A DNA stretch of 64,000 nt from Macrostomum lignano (lineage: Eukaryota), in assembly GCA_002269645.1 (NCBI GenBank), contig NIVC01001211.1:1-64000 (forward strand), in the 5' to 3' direction. Position 1 is the first letter of the stretch. Every line of letters begins with the position of its first letter. A model generated the notes under the pieces. It had not been told where the DNA came from. It was given only the letters and a program-made list of their open reading frames with translations, and ran no database searches. Of the stretch, positions 37,101 through 50,000 are shown piece after piece. Made by a program: the position numbers and the translations under genes.

Positions 37101-38082
37101 AAAGAAGTAAAAAAACTATAGTTGTGTCATGTCCATCTGAACAGACAATTTTTTTGATTGATCATGATGAAAACCTCAATCTCACCCCAATCATTGCAAT
37201 TCCCTCATCCCAAAACCTGTTTTGTTCCTTCTCACCCCAATCCCAATAAACAGCCCCTTTAGAAACATTCAGACCTGCAGCCCATCAACTTTCTAATGAA
37301 GGCCTGTGAAGGCCAACAAAGAATAGAGATGAGAAAGATAAAAGCAGGAAAAAATGGAGTAAAAGCTCAGGGGGCCAGATGCAATGCTAGATCATCAAGA
37401 GCCTTGGGGGCCAGATTGGAAGGCTTTCGGGGCTGGATCTGGTCCTAGGCTAGAGGTTTCCAACCCTTGGACTATTTGAAATGGGGCTGGCCAATGGCCA
37501 TGATCTATATATATTATTTATTGAATTTATTTGAATATATTTATTACTTAATAATTAATTTAGAACAGCCTATAATTTATTTAGACCTTTGAATAATTAA
37601 TTCAAATAACAAACAAAATACATTGCTATACTGGCAATGAAAATTTTTAGCTCAATTATTTTTTTATTAATTAATTTAATAACTAGGAATTTACCTGTAT
37701 TTTATGTTTACAATTTTTTTCCTTTCTATTTTTGGTTGATTAGGTATCAGTAACTGTAGTGAAATTGTGGTTGAGCTGACTGAGGATAGATCTGTCACCT
37801 GCTTTGCCCAATAGCAGCTTGCCAGCCAAGGTGGATGTTAGGCGCAATTTTCACATATTGGCTGATATTGCAAATTTGCAACCAGGATAAGGTGTTAGTG
37901 TGTAATTCTAATGCTAATATTTGTGCTAATTTAGCACCTTAGCTTTGGATGAATAACCCTGGAGACAGGCACTATTGGCATGTTCTGGCCATGGGTAACA
38001 ATGCAGTGGCGGTGGCTGAGCTGAGCTCATTGAATTGCATGCCATGGCCAGTGCCAGTCTGTGCGCTGACGCCCCGGTGCTG

Positions 38083-41000
38083 ATGGCCACCCAGCGGGCC
38101 AACAAGCACATTCTGCTGCGTCTGGACCGCGGCCGCCGCGTCCGTCTGGTCCGCGAGGTGTACCTCCGGTCTGACGTGCCCTGCTGCTCCGAGCTGTGCC
38201 GGCGGGGATGCCAGGCGCCTGCGGACGGCTGCGCCAGCCTGCCCGCCGCCCTGACTCACTACGTCCTGCCCGACTGCGCCGCTGCCCGCGCCTACTGGGA
38301 GCTGTTCGAGCTGCCCGAGGTGGAGGGCGTCCTGCTGACCCTCACCAGCCTGCACCACATCCAGGGCGCCGGCGGCAGGCGGCTGTACAACCGGGTCAAG
38401 TCGCAGCTGCGCGATCCCAGGCAGAGCACCGCCCTGTTCGACAACGAGTTCCAGGCCGAGTGCTGGCGCGACAGGCGGCCCGGCGAGTCCGAGGACCAGC
38501 ACGCTGCCGGCCTGAACTGGAGCGCCGCCCGCTGGTACGCCCAGCACCTGGACTATGCGGTGAGACTGCTGCTTGCTGATGTCCGGCCCTGACCTTCAGC
38601 TGACAGAAATCCCCATGGACCTCAATCCCAGATCTTTCCTCTCTCCCAGGCCCCTTTCACTCACAGATCCCTTCCATTCACAGATCCCTTCCATTCACAG
38701 ATCCCTTCCATTCACAGATCTTTTCCACTCACAGATCCCTTCCATTCACAGATCCTTTCCACTCACAGATCCCTTCCATTCACAGATCTTTTCCACTCAC
38801 AGATCCCTTCCATTCACAGATCTTTTCCACTCACAGATCCCTTCCATTCACAGATCTTTTCCACTCACAGATCCCTTCTATTCACAGATCCTTTCCATTT
38901 ACAGATCCCTTCTATTCACAGATCCCTTCCATTTACAGATCCCTTCCATTCACAGATCTTTTCCACTCGCAGATCCCTTCCATTCACAGATCCCTTCCAT
39001 TCACAGATCTTTTCCACTCACAGATCCCTTCCACTCACAGATCCTTCCATTCACAGATCTTTTCCACTCACAGATCCCTTCCGTTCACAGATCCCTTCCA
39101 TTCACAGATCCCTTCCACTCACAGATCCCCTCCGCTCACAGATACCTTCCATTCACAGATCCCTTCCACTCACAGATCCCTTCCGTTCACAGATCCCTTC
39201 CATTCACAGATCCCTTCCACTCACAGATCCCCTCCGCTCACAGATGCCTTCCACTCACAGATCCCCTCCGCCCACAGATGCCTTCCACTCACAGATCCCC
39301 TCCGCTCACAGATACCTTCCATTCACAGATCCCTTCAGCTGCAGACTCCCACACCAACAGATCCCCTCCGCATACAAATCCTTTCACCCACGGATATTTT
39401 CCGTTCACTGATCCCTTCCAGTCACAAAACCCCTCACTCACGGATTCCCAGGCCTAGGCCCTCAGAAGAAATCCCGTTTAATCCTCACGTGCCAGATCCC
39501 CATCGTGCTGGTGACGGACGGGACGGTGGAGCCCTGCCAGCCCGAAGACAAGGGCGGTGTGGACGTGCTCAGCGTGGCGGACTACGTAGCCCGTTTCCAT
39601 GGCGACAAGCCGCAGGTGACGCAGATCTTTGAGTCGCTGCGCGCCTCACTGGCAGCGGCAGAGGCCGCCAGCAGCGCGGAGGGCAGCGCCGGGGAATCGA
39701 CGCGCGGTGACTACCCGGAGCACCTGTCTGCCGAGAGCCTGAAGGCCGGCGTGAAGTCCGGCCAGTTTCTGCAGGGCTGCCTGCACGTCAGCCGCAAGTC
39801 CGGCCAGGACACCGCTGTGGTTTCGCTGAGCGGCGGCGCGCAGATGCTTGAGTTGAAGGCCTCCAGGTCTGTGCTTCCCCTGTTCGTCTCCGGGGAACTC
39901 GGAGAGAACTCCCCATTCAGCTGGTTGGATTCCCTGATTTTCACTCGGATATCCTTTGGTCTCTATTCGATCTTAGTGAGCAGTAACCCTGATCCCTGAC
40001 CGGCAACCAGAAATCCCTGACCAGCAACCAGAATCCCTGACCAGCAACCAGAATTCCCTAACAGCAACCAGAAATCCCTGACCGGCAACCAGAAATCCCT
40101 GACCAGCAACCAGAATCCCTGACCAGCAACCAGAAATCCCTGACCAGCAACCAGAAATCTCTGACCAGCAACCAGGAATCCCTGACCAGCAACCAGAAAT
40201 CCCTGACCAGCAACCAGAAATCCCTGATCGGCAACCAGGAATCCCTAACCAGCAACCAGCAACCAGAAATCCCTGACCAGCAGCCAGAAATCCCTGACCA
40301 GCAACCAGGAATCTCTGACCAGCAGCCAGAAATCCCTGACCAGCAACCAGGAATCTCTGACCAGCAACCAGAAATCTCTGATCGGCACCCAGAAATCCCT
40401 GACCAGAAACCAGGAATCCCTGACCAGCAACCAGAAATCCCTGACCAGCAACCAGAAATCCCTGACCAGCAACCAGGAATCCCTAACCAGCAACCAGCAA
40501 CCAGAAATCTCTGACCAGCAACCAGGAATCTCTGACCAGCAACCAGAATCCCTGACCAGCAACCAGAAATCTCTGATCGGCACCCAGGAATCCCTGACCA
40601 GCAACCAGAAATCCCTGACCAGAAACCAGGAATCCCTGACCAGCAACCAGAAATCTCTGATCGGCACCCAGGAATCCCTGACCAGCAACCAGGAATCCCT
40701 AACCAGCAACCAGAAATCCCTGATCGATTCCCAATCCCAGAGGCGAGATCCTGATCGTCGGGCAGCGCGACCGGAACCGGGCGGTGCACGGCGACATCGT
40801 GTGCGTCCAGCTGCTGCCCAAGGCCTCCTGGGCCCAGCCAGTCGAAGGCGAGCAGCAGACGGCGGACTCGGCCGCCGCCCCCACCGGCCGCGTGGTGGGC
40901 ATCGCGCAGCGCAACTGGCGCGACTACGTGTGCTCGGTGGAGCCCGCCGCTGACGGCTCCAGCAAGGACTCCGGCGCGTCCAAACGAATCCTCGCTGTGC

Positions 41001-44000
41001 CCTGGGACCGCCGCGTGCCCAAGATCCGCATAGCAACCAGCCAGGCTGCCGCTCTGGCCAGCCAGAGGTTCGTGGTTCGAATCGACGCCTGGCCGGCGGA
41101 CAGCCAATACCCGAACGGCCACTTCGTGCGGCCGCTGGGCGCCGTGGGCCACCTGGAGACGGAGACTCAGGCGCTGCTGATTGAGCACGGCCTGGCTGTC
41201 CGGGAGTTCTCGGCCAAGCAGCTGGCCGAGCTGCCTGCGGTCACTGAGGACCAGCCGTGGCAGGTGGACCCGCAGGAGGTGGCCAAGCGGCGGGACCTGC
41301 GCCAGTCTCACCTGGTGTTCAGCATCGACCCGGTCGGCTGCGTTGATGTGGACGACACGCTGTCGGTCAGGTGATTTATGGCAGGGGGTTCTGGTCTTGT
41401 TTCACCGTGTTAGTGACGGCGTGCGCATCAGCTTGTTTCACTTGGCGGGCAGCCATGGTCAGCTGGTCATCTTTCACTCTCAGGTCTATCTCTTTCACTC
41501 TCAGGTCTATCTCTTCCACTCTTAGGTATATCTCTCCCACTCTCAGGTCTATCTCTCACTCATATCTATCTCTCTCACTCAGTTCTATCTCTCCCACTCT
41601 CTGGTCCACCTCTCCCACTCTCAGTTCTATCTCTCCCACTCTCTGGTCCATCTCTCTCACTCTGGTCCACGTCTCCCACTCTCAGGTCTATCTCTCTCAC
41701 TCTCTGGTCTATCTCACTCACGCTCTGGTCTATCTCCTACTCTCTGGTCTATCTCTCACACTCATGTCTATCTCTCTTACTCAGGTCTATCTCCCCCTCT
41801 CTCTGGTCCACCTCTCCCACTCTCAGGTCTATCTCTCCCACTCTCTGGTCTATCTCTCTCACTCTGGTCCACCTCACCCACCCTCAGGTATATCTCTCCC
41901 ACTCTCAGGTCTATCTCTCTCACTCTGGTCCACCTCACCCACCCTCAGGTATATCTCTCCCACTCTCAGGTCTATCTATCCCACTCTCAGGTCTATCTCT
42001 CCCACTCTCAGGTCTATCTCTCCCACTCTCAGGTCTATCTCTCTCACTCTCAGGTCTATCTCTCCCACTCTCAGGTCTATCTATCCCACTCTCAGGTCTA
42101 TCTCTCCCACTCTCAGGTCTATCTCTCTCACTCTCAGGTCTATCTCTCCCACTCTCAGGTCTATCTCTCCCACTCTCAGGTCTATCTCTCTCACTCTCAG
42201 GTCTATCTCTCCCACTCTCAGGTCTATCTCTCCCACTCTCAGGTCTATCTCTCCCACTCTCAGGTCTATCTCTCCCACTCTCAGGTCTATCTCTCTCACT
42301 CTCAGGTCTATCTATCCCACTCTCTGGTCTTATCTCCCATGCAGCAACTGTGTATAATATTCTTTCCTTTGCCCTCTTCTATATACGTGTCTTTCTTTTG
42401 TCCTTTTACCTTCGCTAAAGCATTAAGTGATTTTATTGCAAGCCCCTTGGCCAGTGTTTCCACTTCGAAATCAGTTTCATTTCTACCACAAACGTGGTTT
42501 CCAGCATAGCCGCTGCGGGACTGTCTGAATGTCTGTTTATTTTATTCAAAGGTCACAGTATTGGGTACTATCATGCAGTGCTTAACATTCAAATCCCAAC
42601 TCCAGTAGCTACTGGTTTGTAGCGAGTGAGCCCGTTATGAGTTCAGTTAGCTATGGGACTGCTCAGCCCAGCGCCACCACGGCCACGCCCAGCCGATCGA
42701 GGCTCTGTCCCACCAGCTCGCGTGACTCTTCGTAGGCCTGCGTCAGCTGCGCTTTGTCTATGTACTGCCGGCCTGTGGTGCGACGGTTACAGTGGGGTCT
42801 TTAGTTGTGAATCTTACAGTTCCATAGTCCAGAGTCCTAGACACCCCTGCTCCCCGAAGTTACTGAGCTCTATTTTATAGTACCAGAATTCCTTCAGTTC
42901 TAGGCCACGTAGCGTCCTAAAGTCTCATGAGAGCATCAGGAGTGGGTCCTGTTTCCGAAAATTATAGCCTAGGGTTTTCTGATAATCCTAGGTGCGAGTG
43001 TCCGAATGTCCTAGACTCTATGTGCCAGTGTCCGAATGTCCTAGACTCTATGTGCCAGTGTCCGAATGTCCTAGACTCTGTGTGCCAGTGTCCGAATGTC
43101 CTAGACTCTATGTGCCAGTGTCCGAATGTCCTAGACTCTGTGTGCCAGTGTCCGATTATCCTAGAGTCTGTGTGGCAGTGTCCGAATATCCTAGAGTCTG
43201 TGTGCCAGTGTCCGAGTATCCTAGAGTCTGTGTGCCAGTGTCCGAGTATCCTAGACTCTGTGTGCCAGTGTCCGAGTATCCTAGAGTCTGTGTGCCAGTG
43301 TCCGAATGTCCTAGACTCTGTGTGCCAGTGTCCGAGTATCCTAGAGTCTGTGTGTCAGTGTCCGAATATCCTAGAGTCTGTGTGCCAGTGTCCGAGTATC
43401 CTAGAGTCTGTGTGCCAGTGTCCGAATATCCTAGACTCTGTATGCCAGTGTCCGAGTATCCTAGAGTCTGTGTGCTGGTGTCCGAATATCCTAGAGCCTA
43501 TGTTCCTGTGTCCGAATATTCTAGAGTCTATGTGCCTGTGTCCGAATATCCTAGAGTCTGTGTATCAGTTTCCGAATATCCTATGGTCTGGTGCCAGTGT
43601 CCGAATATCCTATAGTCTGTGTGCCAGTATCAGAATGTCTTAGAGTCTGTGTGCCAGTGTCCGAATGTCCTAGAGTCTGTGTGCCAGTGTCCGAATATCC
43701 TAGAGTCTATGTGTCAGTGTCCGAGTACCCTAGAGTCTGTGTGCCAGTGTCCGAATATCCTAGAGTCTATGTGTCAGTGTCCGAGTATCCTAGAGTCTGT
43801 GTGCCAGTTTTCGAATATCCTAGAGCTTACACTGTAGGTGCCAGTGTCCGATTATCCTAGAGTCTGTGTTCCAGTCAGTGTCCGAATATCCTAGAGCTTA
43901 CACTGTAGGTGCCAGTGTCCGAGTATCCTAGAGTCTGTGTGCCAGTGTCCGAATATCCTAGACTCTGTATGCCAGTGTCCGAGTATCCTAGAGTCTGTGT

Positions 44001-47000
44001 GCCGGTGTCCGAATATCCTAGAGCCTATGTTCCTGTGTCCGAATATTCTAGAGTCTATGTGCCTGTGTCCGAATATCCTAGAGTCTGTGTATCAGTGTCC
44101 GAATATCCTATGGTCTGGTGCCAGTGTCCGAATATCCTATAGTCTGTGTGCCAGTATCAGAATGTCCTAGAGTCTGTGTGCCAGTGTCCGAATGTCCTAG
44201 AGTCTGTGTGCCAGTGTCCGAATATCCTAGAGTCTATGTGTCAGTGTCCGAGTATCCTAGAGTCTGTGTGCCAGTGTCCGAATATCCTAGAGTCTATGTG
44301 TCAGTGTCCGAATATCCTAGACTCTGTATGCCAGTGTCCGAGTATCCTAGAGTCTGTGTGCCGGTGTCCGAATATCCTAGAGCCTATGTTCCTGTGTCCG
44401 AATATTCTAGAGTCTATGTGCCTGTGTCCGAATATCCTAGAGTCTGTGTATCAGTGTCCGAATATCCTATGGTCTGGTGCCAGTGTCCGAATATCCTATA
44501 GTCTGTGTGCCAGTATCAGAATGTCCTAGAGTCTGTGTGCCAGTGTCCGAATGTCCTAGAGTCTGTGTGCCAGTGTCCGAATATCCTAGAGTCTATGTGT
44601 CAGTGTCCGAGTATCCTAGAGTCTGTGTGCCAGTGTCCGAATATCCTAGAGTCTATGTGTCAGTGTCCGAGTATCCTAGAGTCTGTGTGCCAGTTTTCGA
44701 ATATCCTAGAGCTTACACTGTAGGTGCCAGTGTCCGATTATCCTAGAGTCTGTGTTCCAGTGTCCGAATATCCTAGAGCTTACACTGTAGGTGCCAGTGT
44801 ACGAATATCCTAGACTCTGTGTGTGAGTGTCCGAATATCCTAGACTCTGTGTGCTAGTGTCCGAATATCCTATAGTCTGTGTGCCAGTGTCCGAAAGCCC
44901 AGAGCCTAGGGTTTCAGAGTCCTAGAGCTGATCAGCGCCTGCACTCACCGCACTTGGCGTGCAGTCCAACTTTCAGGCTGCCGTCAATGGTGGTGGCCGG
45001 GTAGTTGGCGCTGAGTCGCACGCGAGGCCGCCCTCTTGTGCAGTAGTTGGCCAGGGCCGACTGCATGTCTCTGAGGAATCCGCGCTCCGCCGCATTCCAC
45101 TGCAGGCAGATTAAGACACGTGATTTGCTTTTCCCGAGGCAAGAGAGACTTAAGACAGCCTAGAACTCACAATGGCCTTGTCCACGGGGTAGTAGCTTGA
45201 GTACCTCTTGGCGCCGCCGATGTACAACTCCAAGGTGTTGGCGTCTTCCTCTAAGTCAACTGCGGGTTATTTAGTTGGCAGAGGTGCCGCAGTTGATAGT
45301 GCAGCATTTGGCAGGCAATTAGCATGCCATCCCGCTGACATCCGGTGTACACCTGCCCCAGCTTTCTCATTGTCAGTGTATTGAAGTATATCGCCAGGCC
45401 GCTCACCCTCGCAGTATTCTCCCGTGAACCCGTCCCGGCAGATGCATTCGCAGCTGTCATCAGTTGCTATCGGTGTTGCCCCGTTCAGGCACCGGATGTT
45501 TTCCTGCTGACACTTGTTGCAGGACTGGACAAATGCTCTGGGCAGCGCGCTCTGAATTCGCTCTGTAGTATTGGAATGATATAAAATCTCAGTATTTTAG
45601 TGCCGACAAACCTTAAATCGGTTTGCTAACTCACTTTCGCACACGTCGCCGTAGAAGTTGTCTTCGCACATGCAGAAATCGTACGGTCCGTAGTATTGCA
45701 TCTGGCCGCAGTTCAGGCACCGCCGCTGCACCGCAGATCCTGGTAGGATTGTATTGAGGTTCCATGGTTGCACTTACGCTGTTGGATCGGTGGTTTTGTC
45801 TGTCTACGAGTAAGTGGACATTGAACCGGGGTCTGTAGGCTGTCTATCTATGCTTGTTTGAGATAAAGCCGCACTTATCTTGGAGGTCTAAAATAAGTCG
45901 TAAATGGTTGAAGCCTGCTATGTCAGTATTGACAGGATACTCACTAACGGGACTCTCCGAGTCCAGCACGGTGCACATGCCGTCCTCACAGGCCGTGGCG
46001 TAGCCGTCGTAGCCGCACAGCTCGCACGGATCTTCGCCAGGCTTTTTAGCCCTGTACGGCGGCTCCTTGTACATGCTGTTTGAAGTGGGGAGTGGCTGGT
46101 GTCAGACTAGTGATTGCATAAACTGCTGAGTGGTTTCAGCTTCAACGCATTGAAATTTCGACAAGGAAAATGAATGGCACTTTTTAAGTATCAAGTATTT
46201 TTATCCCATCGCTTACCTTTCGTACTCGCACACGGCCAGGTTGTTGACAGCTCCATCAGCTCCTCGGCAGCTGTTGATGCTGCAGCCCACCTGGGTCATG
46301 TCGGCCCGCACAATCTGCAGGTAGTGGCCGCATGTGCGAAAAAATCCGTAGGTGCCTTGGTACTCTCCTGTACCAACTAGACAGCGGCTGTTCTCGAAGT
46401 CGTACAGCTCCCTCTCCAGGAACATCAATGTGAGGATCTCGGTGAAGTTGTCCTTGCCGCCCAGGTACATGTTCTCACCTTTGCCGGCGTAGTCCCCGCC
46501 TGTGTTGTGCTCGAACACGCAGGTCTGGGCGGCCCTTTCTGCCAGGGCTTCCAGTGCTGGGGACCATTCCTGCAGTGCGCGCGTAGCGTGGATGAGCTGC
46601 GTAAATTAATGTTACATATCCACCGAGTAATATCTAAGTTTTGATCAGCCAAAAACATTGAACAAAACAATTTTCAATTAAATTTATTAATATTCTATTC
46701 TTTATTTTGACTTGATGGAATGACTGCAAACAAAACGGTGTCTAATAATATAATTAATATAATTGATTACACCTGCCCCAATTGGGCCAGATGTGCAATC
46801 GACAGCTCAGCCGCAGCTATGCGCGGCGCATCTGCAGGCTGCGTACGGCTGTTCAGTCCAAGGACTGGGGGGGGGGGGGGGGTCGCCACACACACCCTCA
46901 TTTACCCCAGCTAATGCTGGCACCCATTTTACAGCTGGGTGAACTGAAGCAATGCAGAGTTAAGTGTCTTGCTCAAGGACACATTGTTCCAGTGGGATCG

Positions 47001-50000
47001 GGAATCGAACCCCCGATCTTCAAGTCGTGAGTCCGACGCTCTAATCACTAGGCTGCAACCTCCTTAATAGGATTGCCAGTGCATAAATATCCGTGCTAAG
47101 ATCATCTTAAAAGTATCTGGAAGTAAAAATTGTGCGAAGTTGAGAGGTGTGCAAGAACCAAAAGAAAGGTGCCGTCTCGAGAATTCATGAATGGCCCAGC
47201 CCAGTTACAGCTTCAGTGGGTGAAACGGTGTACAAGAGCTCCGAGTGTAAAGTCAGATCGAGTTAAGCAACTGTTATCGCGCACAAAAGTCGAAACTATA
47301 ATGTGCTGGAGAAAATATCTTGTTACCGGCCTTGAAACTTTTCTTTTTAGTTATGAACTTAAAAGTGAAAGAGACTGATACGGTCTGATCCTGTCTTACC
47401 AATCTGGCCATGCCCACTGCCTCCGGATAGACATTCCTCCTGAGGTAGTTGTGCGCCTCTAGCGCCTCGCGTCGCAGTGCGTCCGTCATGCCGCAGCTGC
47501 CGGGCTCAGCCACAGACAGCAGGAGCAGAATTGGCAGCGCCAAGCTCATTCCGCTGGTTCGACTTTGCATGCTTTCTAGCCGGGCCAAAGCCTTAGCAAC
47601 TGCGATGAGTTGCTGCTTTTTTATCATCGCAGGCGTCAGCTCATAATTGGCCTCGTAAATTCATTCTGTTGAGTTTGCTCTGCTGTCAGCAACTGGATTT
47701 TCATGCCAGTAGTATCTGGGTTGACTCTTCACTCTCCTCGCCCTGCTGCCACTGTTAAGCTAGGCTCCGATCCACCAATTATTATGGCATCCATTGCCAC
47801 TTCCGGTAGAGGCTGGACCCTTGATTATTTGTCCTTAATTGGCCTAGTGAACTTTAACATTTCTCTGTGAGTTTGTAGGGCAACTATTTCGTTATATGAA
47901 GAGCCAGTGTGACTTATTTGATCCACTGCCGACTCTTATAAACTAAAAAACCCAGCTGGATGTTGATCGTTTTGATAAAATCCGGTCTTAAATTTATCTG
48001 AATTACCGATACTTTATTTCAAACGGCAGTAAATCATCTGTTTTTAATAAGACAGCTTCATAGTTTACTAGCGCGTATCTAGCTCTTATAACAGAAAGGA
48101 GGTTAAAGTTGCTATTCGAAATTTCACTTGCTGTGGGGTCATTTCAGCTCTTTTTATTTAAACTCTGAGAATATGCCATCACCCAGAAAAAGAAAAAAGT
48201 AAAACAGGTGTTTATTTCATTCAGAGATCCGCTGATGTGCCACTCGGTCTTATGATCACTCGTATCTGATTGTGGTCACTCCCATGTACGTCAGGAAAGT
48301 CTTGATGCTGCTATTTGCTTTCGCAGCTGCCGTCAGAACTGCATTGCGGTTCACGTAGGGAGTTGAAGGTCCTGTTAAATTAGCGGTCCATGGAAGAAAG
48401 TTAAAGCTAAGCATGTGCGGATTTATATCTATCGTCAGCAGTCATGTCCTTATATTTCTGCTAAAAGCAATGCTAAAAAAGTTAAAAAGCGAATAGGTTT
48501 CCTTCATAAATCAATAAGGCGAGTCCGGCCTACCTCCGCAGGTGCTCGCCGTAGCGTCCTGCATGCGGTAGTGCACTCCAATCTTGAGCGATCCGTCCAG
48601 CGCATTTTGCGGGTAATTGTCCGTGAGCAGCAGGTCTCCGTAGCCACAATGTCGTTGCTGCTTGTAGCGCTGCCTCCGTTCGGGCAGCAGGCTGCGTAGT
48701 TGGCCTTGCAGTATTTGTTCAGCTCCGTGGTCAGGTAGTACTGCAGGGTTTTCTGCACGTACTTTTTGGTCCACTGAAATGATCGGCAATCAGTTTGAGC
48801 ACTCCATTGTTACCTAGTCCGGCTGGCTGGCGCTGAGGCAACTTACGATTTGCGGATCCACCGGGTAGTAGCTCGAGTACAGCATTGTCTCCCCGAAGTA
48901 CCAGAACACGCTGTTGTCAGCTTGAGCGATATTCTCTGCAGGTTGCAGCATTTTTAAGAAATGGCTGGTTTTTAATTGTAGGGTTCAAATTTCACTGTTA
49001 TGCTTCTGGCTTGCATTCTCTGCAGCCTCATAAATGCATCTTGCATTCTCTGGCAAGCTTTATAAGCAGTCAGCTAGTTTTCAACAAGAAGGCACTTTGT
49101 ATACGAGTATCCTGGATACAGTCCGTCTTCTAGATCCCAAATCTCACCTTCGCAGGTGTCGCCGCGATAGTTAGCTAGACAGACGCATTTGCACACGTCT
49201 CCGTTCATTGTGGGGGTGCCGCCATTCTTACACTGGACTAGCTGAGCCGTACAGTCGTTTGGCACGTTCGGCGTTGCGCCCGTCTTCACTGCGGTGTAAT
49301 AAATATTTTAGAGCAATAATAAATATTTGCTGTTGCAAATTTGGTTTAGAAAATGCGCAACTTACACTCGCATCGCATTCCGTAGAAGCCAAGCGGACAA
49401 GTACACTTGCACTGAATCCCGTCGTCCGTTCTGTTGCCGTAGTTCAGGCAGGTGATCTTGCAGTCTGCAATGTTTAGTGCAGTCAGATTATCAAGTGTCT
49501 GAGTGAAGCAGCCATTGTACTTAAGTTGATGCGAGCTCACCCAGCTGCCCGCTGATAGGGGCTGGTTCTCCGATACCCTTGTAGTAACAAAGTCCGTTCT
49601 GCGAGTAGGACGCCATCAGGTGGCGGCACTTGGTGCCAGGTTCCCCGGCTTCGTAGGGCGGGTTCATCACTCCCCTGTTACCGATTTGGAGGGTTTGTGA
49701 AGTCTGCCCTGCTGATGCAATGGAAGCTGGAAAAATCATTAGTCAAGAGGCTTACTTGTTATACTCGCAGAAGACGAGGTTGTTGCCGTCGGGGCACTGC
49801 TTCAGCCCGCAGCCCATGCGCATTACATTGGCCGACACCAGCTGCAGGTAGTGGCCGCAGGTTGTAAACATCGAGTACTTGCTGCCGCTGTTGATATTGC
49901 ACGAGGAAGTCTTGAAGTTGAAGTTCTCCCTCTCCAGGAACATGAACATGAAGATCTCGGACAGGTTGCGCCGGGCGCCTTTGTAGACATTCTCGCCTAA

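Noticed and set aside
38573-42357. 294-, 417-, 263- and 328-aa ORFs overlapping DIS3L
   Set aside because: They come from intronic minisatellites or antisense shadows of GC-rich exons.
42927-44746. Cys-rich 'CQCPNILESV' repeat proteins
   Set aside because: Produced by the 30-bp satellite, which lies in an intron of CAP gene A.
46980-47063. tRNA genes at the SINE heads
   Set aside because: No complete cloverleaf or acceptor stem is evident, and each head is attached to a repeated SINE body.
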